From Microthyrium microscopicum (Eukaryota), in contig MU004232.1 of assembly GCA_010405405.1 (NCBI GenBank), forward strand, positions 1,445,481-1,509,480: a stretch of DNA of 64,000 nucleotides. The letters run 5' to 3'. The notes beneath the pieces were generated by a model. It was not told the DNA's origin. It made no database searches and worked only from the letters and a program-made list of their open reading frames with translations. Position 1 is the stretch's first letter, and every line of letters starts with the position of its first letter. Positions 13,091 through 24,943 of the stretch are shown piece after piece. Both the position numbers and the translations under genes were made by a program.

Positions 13091-14837
13091 TTAGTACTCC
13101 GCCTCAGCACCCTCATCACCGTCAAGAGTGTCTGCCGCAACCTCTTCATAATCGCGCTCAAGAGCAGCAAGATCCTCACGAGCTTCGGAGAATTCACCTT
13201 CCTCCATACCCTCGCCAACATACCAGTGGACAAAGGCACGCTTGGAGTACATGAGGTCGAATTTGTGCGAGAGAGCGGACCAGGCCTCGGCGATGGCGGT
13301 GGTGTTGGACAACATGCAGCTGCAAAAATTAGTTGAAGATTATTAAAATTGAATGGAGCAAACTTACACAGCGCGGTTAACCTTGGCAAGATCTCCACCT
13401 GGAACCTGCTGGGGTGGCTGGAAGCAGATACCAATCTTGAAGCCAGTTGGGCACCAATCAACGAATTGAATGGTGCGCTTGGTCTTGAGAGTGGCCACGG
13501 CAGCGTGGACATCCTTTGGCACGACATCACCACGGTACAACAAGCAAGTGGCCATGTATTTGCCATTTTGAGGGTCGCACTTGACCATCTGGTTGTGCTT
13601 CTCGAAGCAAGACATTGAGATCTCTTGCACGGTGTGAGCCTCGTGGCCAGACTTGGTAGGCGAGACAACTGGAGCGTATGCAACGAGAGGGAAATGGATA
13701 CGAGGATATGGCACGAGGTTGGTTTGGAATTCGTTAAGATCAACGTTTAGGGATCCATCGAAACGGAGGGAGGCGGTAATGGAAGAGACGACTAAGAAAC
13801 GGTTAGACAAGCTCTCAGTAATAATTAATATCGTATTGCTTACCCTGAGCAATGAGTCGATTCAGGTTTTCGTAATTAGGACGCTCCATGTCAAGGTTTC
13901 GGCGGCAAATGTCATATATAGCTTCGTTGTCGACCATAAAGCTACAGTCGGAGTGCTCAAGAGTAGTGTGAGTGGTGAGAATCGAGTTATATGGCTCAAC
14001 GACAGAGGTGGCGGTCTGTGGAGCTGGATAGACACAGAATTCCAGCTTGCACTTCTTGCCATAGTCAACAGAGAGGCGCTCCATGAGAAGAGCACCAAAA
14101 CCAGATCCAGTACCGCCACCGAAGGAGTGGAAGACCAAGAAACCTTGGAGACCAGAGCAGTTATCGGCAACGCGGCGAACCTTGTCTAGGACTTGATCGA
14201 TCAATTCCTTTCCGACGGTGTAATGACCACGAGCATAGTTGTTGGACGCATCCTCCTTTCCAGTGATCATCTGCTCAGGGTGGAAGAGACTTCGATAGGT
14301 GCCGGTTCGGACTTCGTCGACAACGTTGGGTTCCAAATCGCAGTAAATGGTTCGTGGGACATATTTGCCCTGACCTTGAGAGAAGTTAGCGCGTCGTACA
14401 ATGGAGTAGTGAATTTAATGGTACTGACCAGTCTCGGAAAAGAAGGTGCTGAAACCCTCATCGTTCTCGGCAGCCTTGCGCTCTTCGGTCAGATAACCAT
14501 CGGGCTATTTTATTAGTCAATAAGATGGATTGTTCACGTCATGCTTTGGGATGAAAGTTACCTGAATGCCGTGTTCGAGGCAGTAGAGCTAGCGGCAAAA
14601 TCAGTCCAATGTTCTAGTGCAAAGCGCGGAACCAGCAACAAGTCGTAAGACACCGCGAAATGGTCGGACAGGATGGTATAACTTACCTCCCAGCAGGAGT
14701 TTGCGATTTGGCAACCAGCTTGGCCAACTATCAAAGAAGAAATATCAGCATCAAATTTGGGCGTAACATGGATTCTCGAGGCGGTCAAGACGCGTAGCGG
14801 GGCAGTACATACCGTTGAGAGAGATGACTTCACGCAT
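13091..14837 (-). CDS. tubA: Alpha-tubulin
   Basis: [34 protein letters not shown] after splicing, GGGTGSG tubulin signature, C-terminus [21 protein letters not shown]...EAEY. Confidence 0.98.
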
Positions 14838-15491
14838 GATGGGTGATTATTGTTTGTCAGAGAGGGTGATATGGGGATATTAGAGTAATTTGCAGCTCAG
14901 AAACTACGGATTGACGGGGTGGAGGAGGAGAGAATAGGTTTGTTGATGGTCGTCGAGGGGATTTGGCGGTGGGAGAGGATTGCGGGTTGAGGCAGAAGGA
15001 ATCTACGACCAATGATTGGATTAAGCCTGCATTGCGCTCAGACCAAGATATGATCCGATTTGATCAGGGGTCTGTCTGCCTTGGCGCCCGATTACTGCCT
15101 GAGGGTGGAGACTTGATGCCTTATTGCCCTATCATCACTTCCATCTTCAACTGCAGTTGAGATCTCTTTCAACTTCGTTCATTGACATAACAATCAAAAA
15201 GTCCCATACTATGTGCAAATATCCTGGGATCTGAAAAGTGGTAGATTTCGACATGACAGCTTTGGCATCTCAGCATTACTTGATCCGAGAGTGCTCTCTG
15301 GAATAAAAGCACATATCAGCTTTTATACGACTTTCTCACCACGGAAGCATCGCCAGATATCTCCGACAGCGAGCGACGTGTTTACTTTTTGACAGCTTCT
15401 GTCAGTGGAAGATTTACTCTGTGCAACAGTGAATACATCGCTTTCTTCATATTGCCATATATTGTCAGCGCTTCTACCCAGTTCTACAACC

Positions 15492-16321
15492 ATGAACCTC
15501 CAATGGCTATTCTCTCTTGCCTTTTACACATTTGTGCAAGCGAATGTTGAGAAGACTATCTTTTTAGCGCCCCCAAAAACCACTCTTCCAGATGCTGGAC
15601 CAACCCTTGAGACCTTGTGTCTGGATCAACTCACCCCATCGCGTGCTCAAGTTCAAACACTGTTGCCTGTGCAGTTCGGCCGGCACACTGAATCCTGGTA
15701 TCTTCTCAGAAGCTTGAATACTGGACAAAGATACGAGGTGCGGCTGTGCTGGTCTGCTACCGTAAGTCGATGTTTCCGTTCTTCTGGTTGCGACTACCTT
15801 CGTGGCGGTACCAAGTATATCTCTTAAGGCAATCACGCTGACCACAACAACATGCAGCAACCCAGCGACTTTCACCTCTCAACGTTTACTCTTCCAGAAG
15901 TCTTTGACAATCCTTCTCTCATTGCTAGTCTTGCCAATTATTCAGATAATCAACAATTAAAACACAAATCCGGTGCCTGTCCTACCACAAGCCCTTCATC
16001 TCCTACCACAACCAAAGATTCGCTTCTATTTCTGAAGATCAAAGCTACTCCGGAATTCTTGTCCTCGAACATCACTTTGATGAAGAATCCCCCGGAAGTC
16101 CTTGTCGATATTAGTATGATACATCACTCGCATTTCTAGTCACAGCTAATCAGCCTCTAGTCCTAGATCCGTTTCTATTAAACATTATCCCACAAAGCTT
16201 GGTGCCCATAGGCCTCTACATCATTGCTATTGGTATTGCTGGCTACGTGCTCTCAGGATCAATTTCTCGCTGGCTTTCCCGCCGAGCTCAACTGCCGAAG
16301 ACCAAGGACAAGGCAATTTAA
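15492..16321 (+). CDS. ER membrane protein, probable GPI mannosyltransferase II subunit Pga1-like (exons 15492-15761, 15858-16113, 16161-16321)
   Basis: Signal peptide then NVEKTIFLAP, GQRYEVRLCWSATQP, ILDPFLLNIIP, a C-terminal TM helix and KxKxx ER-retrieval tail KDKAI. Family name from recall. Confidence 0.7.
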
Positions 16322-16330
16322 ATTTTCGCA

Positions 16331-17148
16331 ATGCTTTCACGGCACGCACCGATGGCTCCTCGCGCAAGCCAATATACACAGATTTTGGGTCCGATTCTGC
16401 TACGGCAGCGCCGTCAGACTCCAATTCTAGCGCTGCCAGTGGAGCTTCTCATTCAGATATTGCGGCAATTGGACCTCTCGTCGTTTCTAAATCTCGCCAT
16501 GTCTTGCTATTGTCAACTCCAATTCCTTGTCCCTGACCTGGTACCGTACATGACCACGGACCGCTTGCGTTACCTAATCGAAGGCAATACTCCCTGGCTT
16601 ATATCAGGGTTCTTAACGCGTAACTGGCCTCCTGGACCGGTAAGACCCCTATAAATTTGGTTCACCCTATGAGCCCCATTGTCCCCTTTGTGCCCACGAG
16701 ATGTCCTCCTGCCCATGAGATGTCCTCGTGGTTCGCGGAGTGGCTGGATAGCTCATCTTTTTTGAGAGCGGCAATTCATAAGCAATCGTTCAATTTCTTT
16801 CAGACTAACATTGCTTCAGGAACCAATATTCCCTTCGTTTGAACATCGGGTTCGGTTCTTATCAAACTTCCTTGCGCGATATCCACCTGAACAACCAAAT
16901 CGGTTACTGGCAGTTCCAACCGAAATTAATGATATGATACTGGTATTTGCCCAAACAGCCAAGATCATTGCTGCAAGCTGACGAATTGACAGGAACAGCT
17001 TCCACAACAAGACCAGTTCAGCGTGGCTGTCGCAGATTGGGCTTCGCTGGTCTCGTCGAACACTGTATACCCTTCAGACGTACACTCCCTCTACGGGCTA
17101 TACTGTGCGTGGGAGTTCAGTTTGAGAACGCGTGGCACTACAGACTAG
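16331..17148 (+). CDS. Small protein with two F-box-like motifs (~195 aa; exons 16331-16639, 16820-16942, 16993-17148)
   Basis: ILALPVELLIQILRQLDLSSFLNLAMS and LLAVPTEINDMIL|EQLPQQDQFSVAVA; both introns are phase 0 with branch sites. True start may be the ATG at 16352. Confidence 0.65.
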
Positions 17149-17617
17149 TGGCTAAAGACTTTGCGGCAGCCGCTGAGGGAAAACCTCCCATTAAAGGGTA
17201 TCTTCGCTAGATACTATGCCCCGGTAGACCTTGAGGAGTGAGCTGCTGCGCGTCTATCTTCGACTTACATACCAATCCATACTAATCTAACGGTTTCATT
17301 CGCCGGGATACTTGGAGATGCTAATCCTTCCTGAGAGGCCACCGGAACAAGCGAATTTCTCGCCCGGAGGACTGTCTAGCAAAGTGAAGTGCTCCCTTGA
17401 AATACGTTATCACCCACCGGCCTTAATTTCGAATTGGCTGTTCGCTATGCCATGGCGGGCGTTCAGAAATGTTTCTTTATCGAATGTGATGGGAAATATC
17501 ACGTCCTATTTTCAAAAGCGGCGGTGGTAGCCATTGTCGTTGAAGAGAGTATACTATTAATTTGTCATTCAGTGGAATGCCACTCTATCCTCTCTCTGTC
17601 TTCATCAGGACGTTATT

Positions 17618-18723
17618 TTAATCCGGCTTTAACCTCTCCTGCGCAATCATTCTTTCTTCTGTTGGTGTTGGCGGCGAATACAGCCCTGAAGACACTGTCC
17701 CCACCGGCGTATGCTGTATTGAATCCCCACCTGTCTGTACATCCATTATCGGAAACGCATATTCTTCCCAGCGCATATGATCTGGTCCACGCTCCGGCGG
17801 CGTCAAGACCGCTTCATTCCCAGGTAATTCTATCGCGGATAGCACGGGTGGTTGCTCCAGTGCTGCACTTTCCATGTATCGCTTCGTGTCGAGCTCCGAC
17901 ATGGCCTCCGTCGACAGCTCTTGTGGTACGTAGCCGATCGGCGTCGTGCTCATACTACCATCTACCTCTCTCAGTACTTGCATCCCGCCCATCTTCCTTC
18001 TTCGCCGCCTCCGTACGAGTAGACACGCTATTACACCGCACACCAGCGCCAACACTCCGACCGCCACACCTGCACCTATACCTGCTGCCGCTCCGCCAGA
18101 GAGCCCCGTTGAGTTTGTGCTCGCGCTCGCATTCGCACTGGCATTCGCATTCGCGGTCGCGCCACCCGGTGCCGCGCCCACGCTCGAGGAGGGAGCATCC
18201 GTACCATTGGGCGCACCCACGCCCGCCACGTAGTAAGCTTTTAATGAGGCGGGCTGTGGGTCTGCGAAAGTTTGTTTTGTCGCATTGTTGCATTTTGGAT
18301 GGCCGGTGATACCGTCTTGCCCGCAGCAGGCCCAATGGCGCGGTTTGGCGAGCCAGGTGACATCGCGGAGGACGAGGTTTGCTATTGCGTACGTCAGCGA
18401 TACCTTTCTTTTTTTTTTTTTTGTTAGATGATAGGGATGGTACTGCAAAGGTCAGGACAGGTGCTGTCGCTATAGGTGCTATCGGTGCAGCCCGCGGCGT
18501 AGTATCCGCTTCCGCCGTTGATGGAGTAAGTGTAGTGGCAGAGACCGCCGGACATGCATTGGTCACCGGATGCGCAGCAGGGGACGTGACTGAGAGAGTT
18601 TTAGTGATGAGTTGAGAGAACTGAAGGGTTAGAGGCATACGGAGATGTCGAGTTTGTGGAACCGCATGGTTGGTGGTTGTTGGTGTGTATTATGTTCTTG
18701 TTCTTGGAGTAGCATTGTGACAT
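17618..18723 (-). CDS. Single-pass membrane protein with Cys-rich ectodomain (cell-surface sensor-like)
   Basis: Spliced CCASGDQCMSGGLC..YYAAGCTD..CP, Ser/Ala/Asn stalk, TM GLSGGAAAGIGAGVAVGVLALV followed by RRRRRRK, tail with EL-x motifs. Confidence 0.8.
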
Positions 18724-20075
18724 GGTGGGCAGCTGAATTGGACTTATAGGGATGCAAATGTGACATAAGGAACAATTGCTAGTCTCTCGTATCAATGTTT
18801 CGATATAGGCGGTATTCAAAGATGTGGATTGACTATCCAAGAGGAGCTAGAGATGTGCAAACAGCAGTTTGTTGAAGTGAAGTGAAGTAAAAAGCATCCG
18901 GCTACTTTTGTATAAACTAATTATAGGTATTCTTCTACTACTTGTGAACCTCGCCCGCGAGAACCTTGTTTGGATGCCGGAACGTGCATGAGGCTGTACT
19001 AGTCCTTGAGCTAGACTAAGATATTACTTGGTGATCCCAAGTCTGGGCGGAATGAACCAACTTGATTGGAATCGTTGGCATATTCCGTAGTCGCTGACTG
19101 GCTGAATTGTCTTGCAACACAGCAAATCCCCGATGTATAATATGTGGCGTTGGTTGACCGAGTTTCCTGGACGGGGCGAATCAACCACTGCGGTTCTTGT
19201 ATGAAAGAGTATTGATGGTTGCATTATGGCAAGTCATTCTTGGAATTATCCATGTTCTGTGCGACATGCGTATTGGCTTATAATAAGCTACAGGCTTTAC
19301 AATAATGGAAGATAAGAGAGCGATCGGGGTTCACTGGTTGCTCTTCGTAGGGGATGAAGTTGGACCTTTTGGAGATGAGCCACCATACCCAAATGTCTCA
19401 GCCTCGATGATCGACACCAATCGACATGGGAGTTTAAAGGTACAGTGCACAGTACAACAATCCATCAGTTGGTGTCAGTCGTTGTGAGAAGAATTGGAAT
19501 GTAATTGGAGCATTTTACGACCTGCAATACAAGACCTGTCTAGTTTCATTAGAACCAGTTTCAACAATAACTTAAGGAATCTAGCTCTGATATGTTTCTG
19601 TGCTTCGATTAACATTCAACCCATACTTTAGCCCGGTGATACTCGGTAGCACAATTTAAAGGTTTTTGACAGAACGCTGAACAACGTGTTACTGACTCAA
19701 CTTGGCTTGACCAAATTCCAATCGATAGCCAATTAGCATATCAAAAGTTACGATTACAACTCAACATCTGAAGATTATTCACAAAGCTGGGAACAAGAAC
19801 TCAGCAAAAACTGCGGCGGAAGTCCTTTGAAGTCTAGTCCATCCACGCAAGTTTGTCTCAGGATTGGAAGTATGCATATTCATTTCGTATTGCAATCCAG
19901 AAGGCTATTTATACACAAACAAGTTGACTGATATGCTTACATGCTGTCTACATTCAACATAAGGTCTCTCTGAACAACAAAATCCAGACGATAACTTCCC
20001 GAGGAGGCTCTGAGGCAACTTCTGCCAAATGAATCGCTATATCGCTACACATCACAAGCAAAACCCACTCCGCAC

Positions 20076-23000
20076 TCACTGCTTCGAAAAGCCCAACTGC
20101 CTCCCCGACCTTCTCAGCGCATCCAACCTATTCGCCGCCATCCGATCTCCCGCACTCGCACCCTTCAGATAAAACGCCTTCGCCTCCGCCAAATTAATCT
20201 GCGTCCCAATTCCCCTCTCCAAAAAGAAGCCCAGCTGGCAAAACGCGCTCACTAGCCCATCGTTCGCCGCCATCTTCGCAAACGCAAAGGCCAACTGCTC
20301 ATTCGCGGCCCACAAGCCTTGCTGACCCCACCAGAAACAGTTGCTAAGTTCAAGCGCGCTTTCCGCCTCGCCTTGGACACAGGCGACGAAGTGGTAGTGC
20401 AGCGCGAGCGAGTGGTCGACGGAGAAGGCCATGTCGTTGTCGGATTTGGAGTAGGCGAGCGCGAGGTGTAGTTGAGCGGCGGCAAGGCCGAGGGAGGCGG
20501 CTTGTTGGATGTAGGAGCGGGCGGACATTTCATTAGGCGGTAGAAGCTTTTTGTTGAGGGAGATGGACTTTTGGTAGGATTTGGTGTAGAGCATGCCGAG
20601 CAGCTGGAAATCTGGTTAGCTGTGTTGGCTGGTATCAATGAGAGGACTTACATAGGGCGCTAAGGGGCCGTCTTTGTCGGCGCGGGTGACAGCTTGTTGG
20701 AGGAGCGGGATGGCGGCTTTGTGGTCCTTTTTCTTGTCAAGTTCGCCTTTAAGAAACGCTTTGGCTAGACGCTGCGACAAAGTTAGGTGCTGGCGCTCTT
20801 GTAACGGGGATTTACTTACGTAGCCGCAGGGACTATCTTGGCCGTAGCCACCTTTGCGGTAGTATTCGAATGCTGTGGCATTCTCTCGCCGGACTTCGTA
20901 TTTCCTTCCCAAGTGATATGCTGCGCGGAGGTATCCTTTAGAAAGTGCTGATAGGTAGAGCTCCTGGGTGGCATCTTCATCCAGTTCAAACCACCGAGCT
21001 TTTAGAAAAAGTGCCCGAGCATGACCAACCTGTACATGTCTTTCAATTATGTTGCGAGCATCGAGTATGGTCTCAGTGTTGATCATAGGCTTGGCAGACT
21101 TGTAGCCAACTTTTCTTAGCCGTTTGTTGAATTTGGAGACATTAGATGCCAGACGAAGAATATCTTCTGCCCAATCAAGATGTTGACTGACATCTTGGGT
21201 AGACATGACTGCTGGTTTCTCGCGTACAAGTCTAGACTCGAGCTCGTCTGGACGCACAGGCACGGTAGCATGACCAGATGATATCTTTGGTATGAGAATC
21301 TCGAAGTCAATCAAAGTGAGATCAGAGCTTGCGATAGTGGCGGTCCCATTGAGGGACGAAACTATGGATGCAGTATCGTTGAAGGTGCTGTCCGCACGGA
21401 CAGATGCAGGCAGTGCTTGAGACGACGCGGTGACCAGTGATGCAGATCTTTGGTGTCCATTCCCGTGAGAGTTTGTTACATCTGATATGGGAGTATAATG
21501 TGGCATAGCTGTTTGCGACACTGGGCTAGCCGGAAGGGACGGTTGACTGGCCGGGGAAACTTGATAGGAGTGGAACTGTTGCGGTATGCCAGGAATAGCT
21601 GGCAATTGAGGAGGTGAATTCGGAATAGGAGGAACTGGTGGAGCCACGACAACTTCAGGAGCGAATTCTGCTTGTCGCTCCCGTTCCAACGTGTTCGTAC
21701 GTCGGATAGGATGCAGGGGAAGTGGCATAGATGGTGCTGGCGATGACGGCGCTGGAAACAAAGACACTCCCTTGAAAGAATTGGTATTGGGTCGTGATCG
21801 CATGGAAGTTGATGTTGTGTGCGAATACTCAGTGGCTGACGAGGCATGCGATGCCGGCCTGGACGAAGCGGCGAGCGTGGTTGCACTAGAGTCTCGGTTC
21901 GAGATTGATCTTTGGCTGAGTATGGGTTGTTGCTGCTGATGTTGTGGCTGTAAACGCTGTAATGATCCTGAGCGAGGAGGAAACCTCGGGGCCGGATGCT
22001 CCCCGTTATGGGTTCGAGGGCTTTGAGAAGGCAGTGTATAAGGAGCAGCCACTCCTATGGGATATGGCCGGGGACTCTCCGTTGTCTTTCTAAAATTCAA
22101 AGGTAGTACCGGTTCCTCCGGAAGACAGTCTTCACCACTACGGCCAGGCCATGGGGCAGTGAGAAGACCTTCAATGGCCTTCTCGTTCTCCGATACAACT
22201 GAAGCTGTTGAACCAGGCCTCATATCAGGAATGGCGGGAACCTGTAGTCCTTGTGTTTGGAGTGGCGTCCTTGTGCTGAACGGATTTACTCTGGGCTGAC
22301 TTGGCAATTGTGTCTGCGATACTGGAGATGTAGGTCCTGAGGATGGATTTCTATTGCTGGGCACTGAAGCATATTGTGTCACTCTTTCATAGGGGTCCAA
22401 GTCGGACGTTCGAAGCGGAGATTTCGCGGGTAGAGGTGGCGAGTCCAATGCTGGAGGAGGAAGAGGTTTGAAATCCCCATCTGGCGATGTTGGCATATTC
22501 CTTGACTGCAAACTCTGCAACTCTCCTGAGCTTGGTGATAGTGGAGTCTGAGGTAGATTTTGCGGCATCCGAGGACTAGTCTGATGATATGCGTGAAGCT
22601 TTGGAGCCATCGATTCTTTAGACATGGCAACGGAAGGCTGAGATCCTCCCATTGAAAAATTTTCTGTTTTAGAATCGACCGGGCTCATTGCGCCTGCTAG
22701 AGCATTGCAGCGCTCTCCAAGGTCCTCCAACATAGGTTCTATCATCAGCAATAGGCCCATATTCTGGCCTGCCCCAGGTCTAGAAGCTTGCGTTAGCCGA
22801 CTGCCAATTCACTTCGCTATGTTTATAGTGACATACATTTGAAGTGCTGAGACCAGCATTTGCATTGCTGAGCGCAAAGTCCTGCCCAACGACAGATAGT
22901 TTTTGAATACATTCTCTGTAAAGAGGTACTTGGCCCGTCCTTTCACATCATCATCTTCTGCCTCCTTAACATACGACGGCAAAAAGAGTTTGCGCAACTC

Positions 23001-23294
23001 CTGACCCAGCGATGTGAAGATTATACGACATGGGTTCATGCAATTGTCAAAGACACTTCGCAGCTCGGTATTCGTCTCCAACGTTGTAGCTAGATTCTTC
23101 TCGGGATCGTAGAACAGGCCATTGAGCATGGACAGAGACCTGGCGACATGTTTGGCCTCGGTATGAAGGGATTCGAGGGTAGCAGGAGGACTTTGGTATT
23201 CTCGTTCGAGATGCTGAATTTGTTGAAGTGACTGTGAGCATAGCGTGAGAGCTTGAAGTACCTGCCCGCTAGTGCCGGGCATGTACATGTCCAT
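20076..23294 (-). CDS. Sel1-repeat protein (chitin-synthase activator Chs4/Skt5-like C-terminus) with an N-terminal helical domain and long Pro/Ser linker
   Basis: C-terminal Sel1 repeats (AAYHLG..YE, LGFFLERGIGTQINLAEAKAFYLKGA); introns at ~22836-22780, ~20815-20773 and ~20652-20604. Confidence 0.85.
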
Positions 23295-24943
23295 GATAGG
23301 GCCTGTCGCGTCTCGAATTGGCGATGAACTCGAGTTTCTGAGGAGCTTTTAGGAAGGAAGTAGAGTTACAGAATCCGAACAGGCTGGAGAAGAAGTCCGG
23401 CCGGCTTTTCTCATTACGCAGTCGCATGCAAAGGTGCAGAATCGGCCTCACTGCGCACGCTTTCCAGCAACCTGGCAACTTAGCCCACTCTGGAGACTAA
23501 CCCACCACGGCATCAGTGCCATTGTATGGGGTGGCGCTATCGACCTGCCCCTCGTGGAGGACAAGTTCATTTAGCAGCCAATAACGTGAAAAAGCAGCCA
23601 TATAATTGTGCTCCTGTTGGGTGACATGGCGAATGCTGGAGGATTCCTAGGCGTGGCTTACACAGCGAGCTTGATAGGCCGGGGTCGTCTGCCAAAGACT
23701 GACCAGAAGCCGAATGTGACAGCGTTGCTTTGAAACATCTCTGAAATGCACATTGTAAACTCATCTCATTGTTTTTTCGATCCTGTCGCATCTCGCCTGA
23801 TGCTCGCTTGCAGTGCCTTTTACAACTGCGAAGGCTCGACGGATGCCTTTGCTTGTTGGTTTGGTGCCACCAACCCGCAGAACCGTTTTTCTGACATATT
23901 CCTGGCCCCTGGGAAGTGTTCACCTTGCATAATGCATTACCTGCAAAGCAACAAGAAAATATGCGACAAAAGCTGCTGCTGGTTCGCACGCGAGGATGAT
24001 ATCACAATGCTAGAAGACAGAAGCGCGACGTAAATTAGTGCTGCTCCAACTTTCACAGAGCCTCCAACTCCACCAGGCCAAGATCTACTTGATCGCGCTG
24101 CCAATACCATTTTTGACGGGTCGCGTCAATATATGAGCTATAGTAGCCATAATGAAGTTACCACTACTTTCTCAAATAGTCAAAATTCAGGTAATCGTCC
24201 CTGGATGATGCGCAAGTAGCGTTGACCTTACCAACCCCAACGTGCGCAACTCCTCCAGTTCTTACGCTATAATGTGGCTTGCGTGGGGGTCAAGTTCACG
24301 ATATTTACTCTATCAAGTCAACGCACTTGTTCAGAGAATGCATACTATTGGAAATTAGAATGCTTTTGAAAGGTAGGATGTCTGCTCAATGTAGGCCATT
24401 CAAATAGATAATCCTACATGGTCTTTTTCGGGCTATTTGGGCAGTCGTTTTTGTTTCTGTCTATGATTCAACCGTTCACAGCATCATGCACCCTCTTTTT
24501 TGACCCACATACTCAATTTACGCGATGCTTTTGTTGTCCGAAAGGTGGGAGTATTGGAACGTGGTTTACGCAGTGGGTTACATTTCAGCAAAGAGGCAAT
24601 ATCGACCGTAAAAAGACCGAGAACATTATATTTGGTTACATGTGAAAGATACTTCCTTTTTCTTGAGGAGTGTAATCTAAGATATGGCTAGAAGAGCAAC
24701 ATATCGGATTTCTTCGACGTCGTAGTGTAAAGCTTGGAAGAAATGATATACACATGCTCTCAAGGACTCAGAGGGAACTTGATTGGAGAGGAAACGATTC
24801 CTTTTGAATGGGGTATTATATCTTGAAGAGAACATCGGAACAGAGTCTAAGTGTGTCAAGTGTCAAAAAGTTCGATTACGCTTCTTCGATATCATAGATA
24901 TCAGACTCGACTATTCACAAAGCATATCTAAGGAATCTTTCAT

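Noticed and set aside
13036..14516. Overlapping ORFs around tubulin
   Set aside because: Off-frame or antisense products of biased tubulin codons.
16693..16727. Direct repeat CCCA(C/T)GAGATGTCCTC in the F-box gene intron
   Set aside because: Two copies only; no snoRNA boxes or guide; likely a local duplication.
17434..18309. 291-aa plus-strand ORF and overlapping alternative frames
   Set aside because: Shadow of the GC-rich membrane-protein gene, which has the coherent splice and TM structure.
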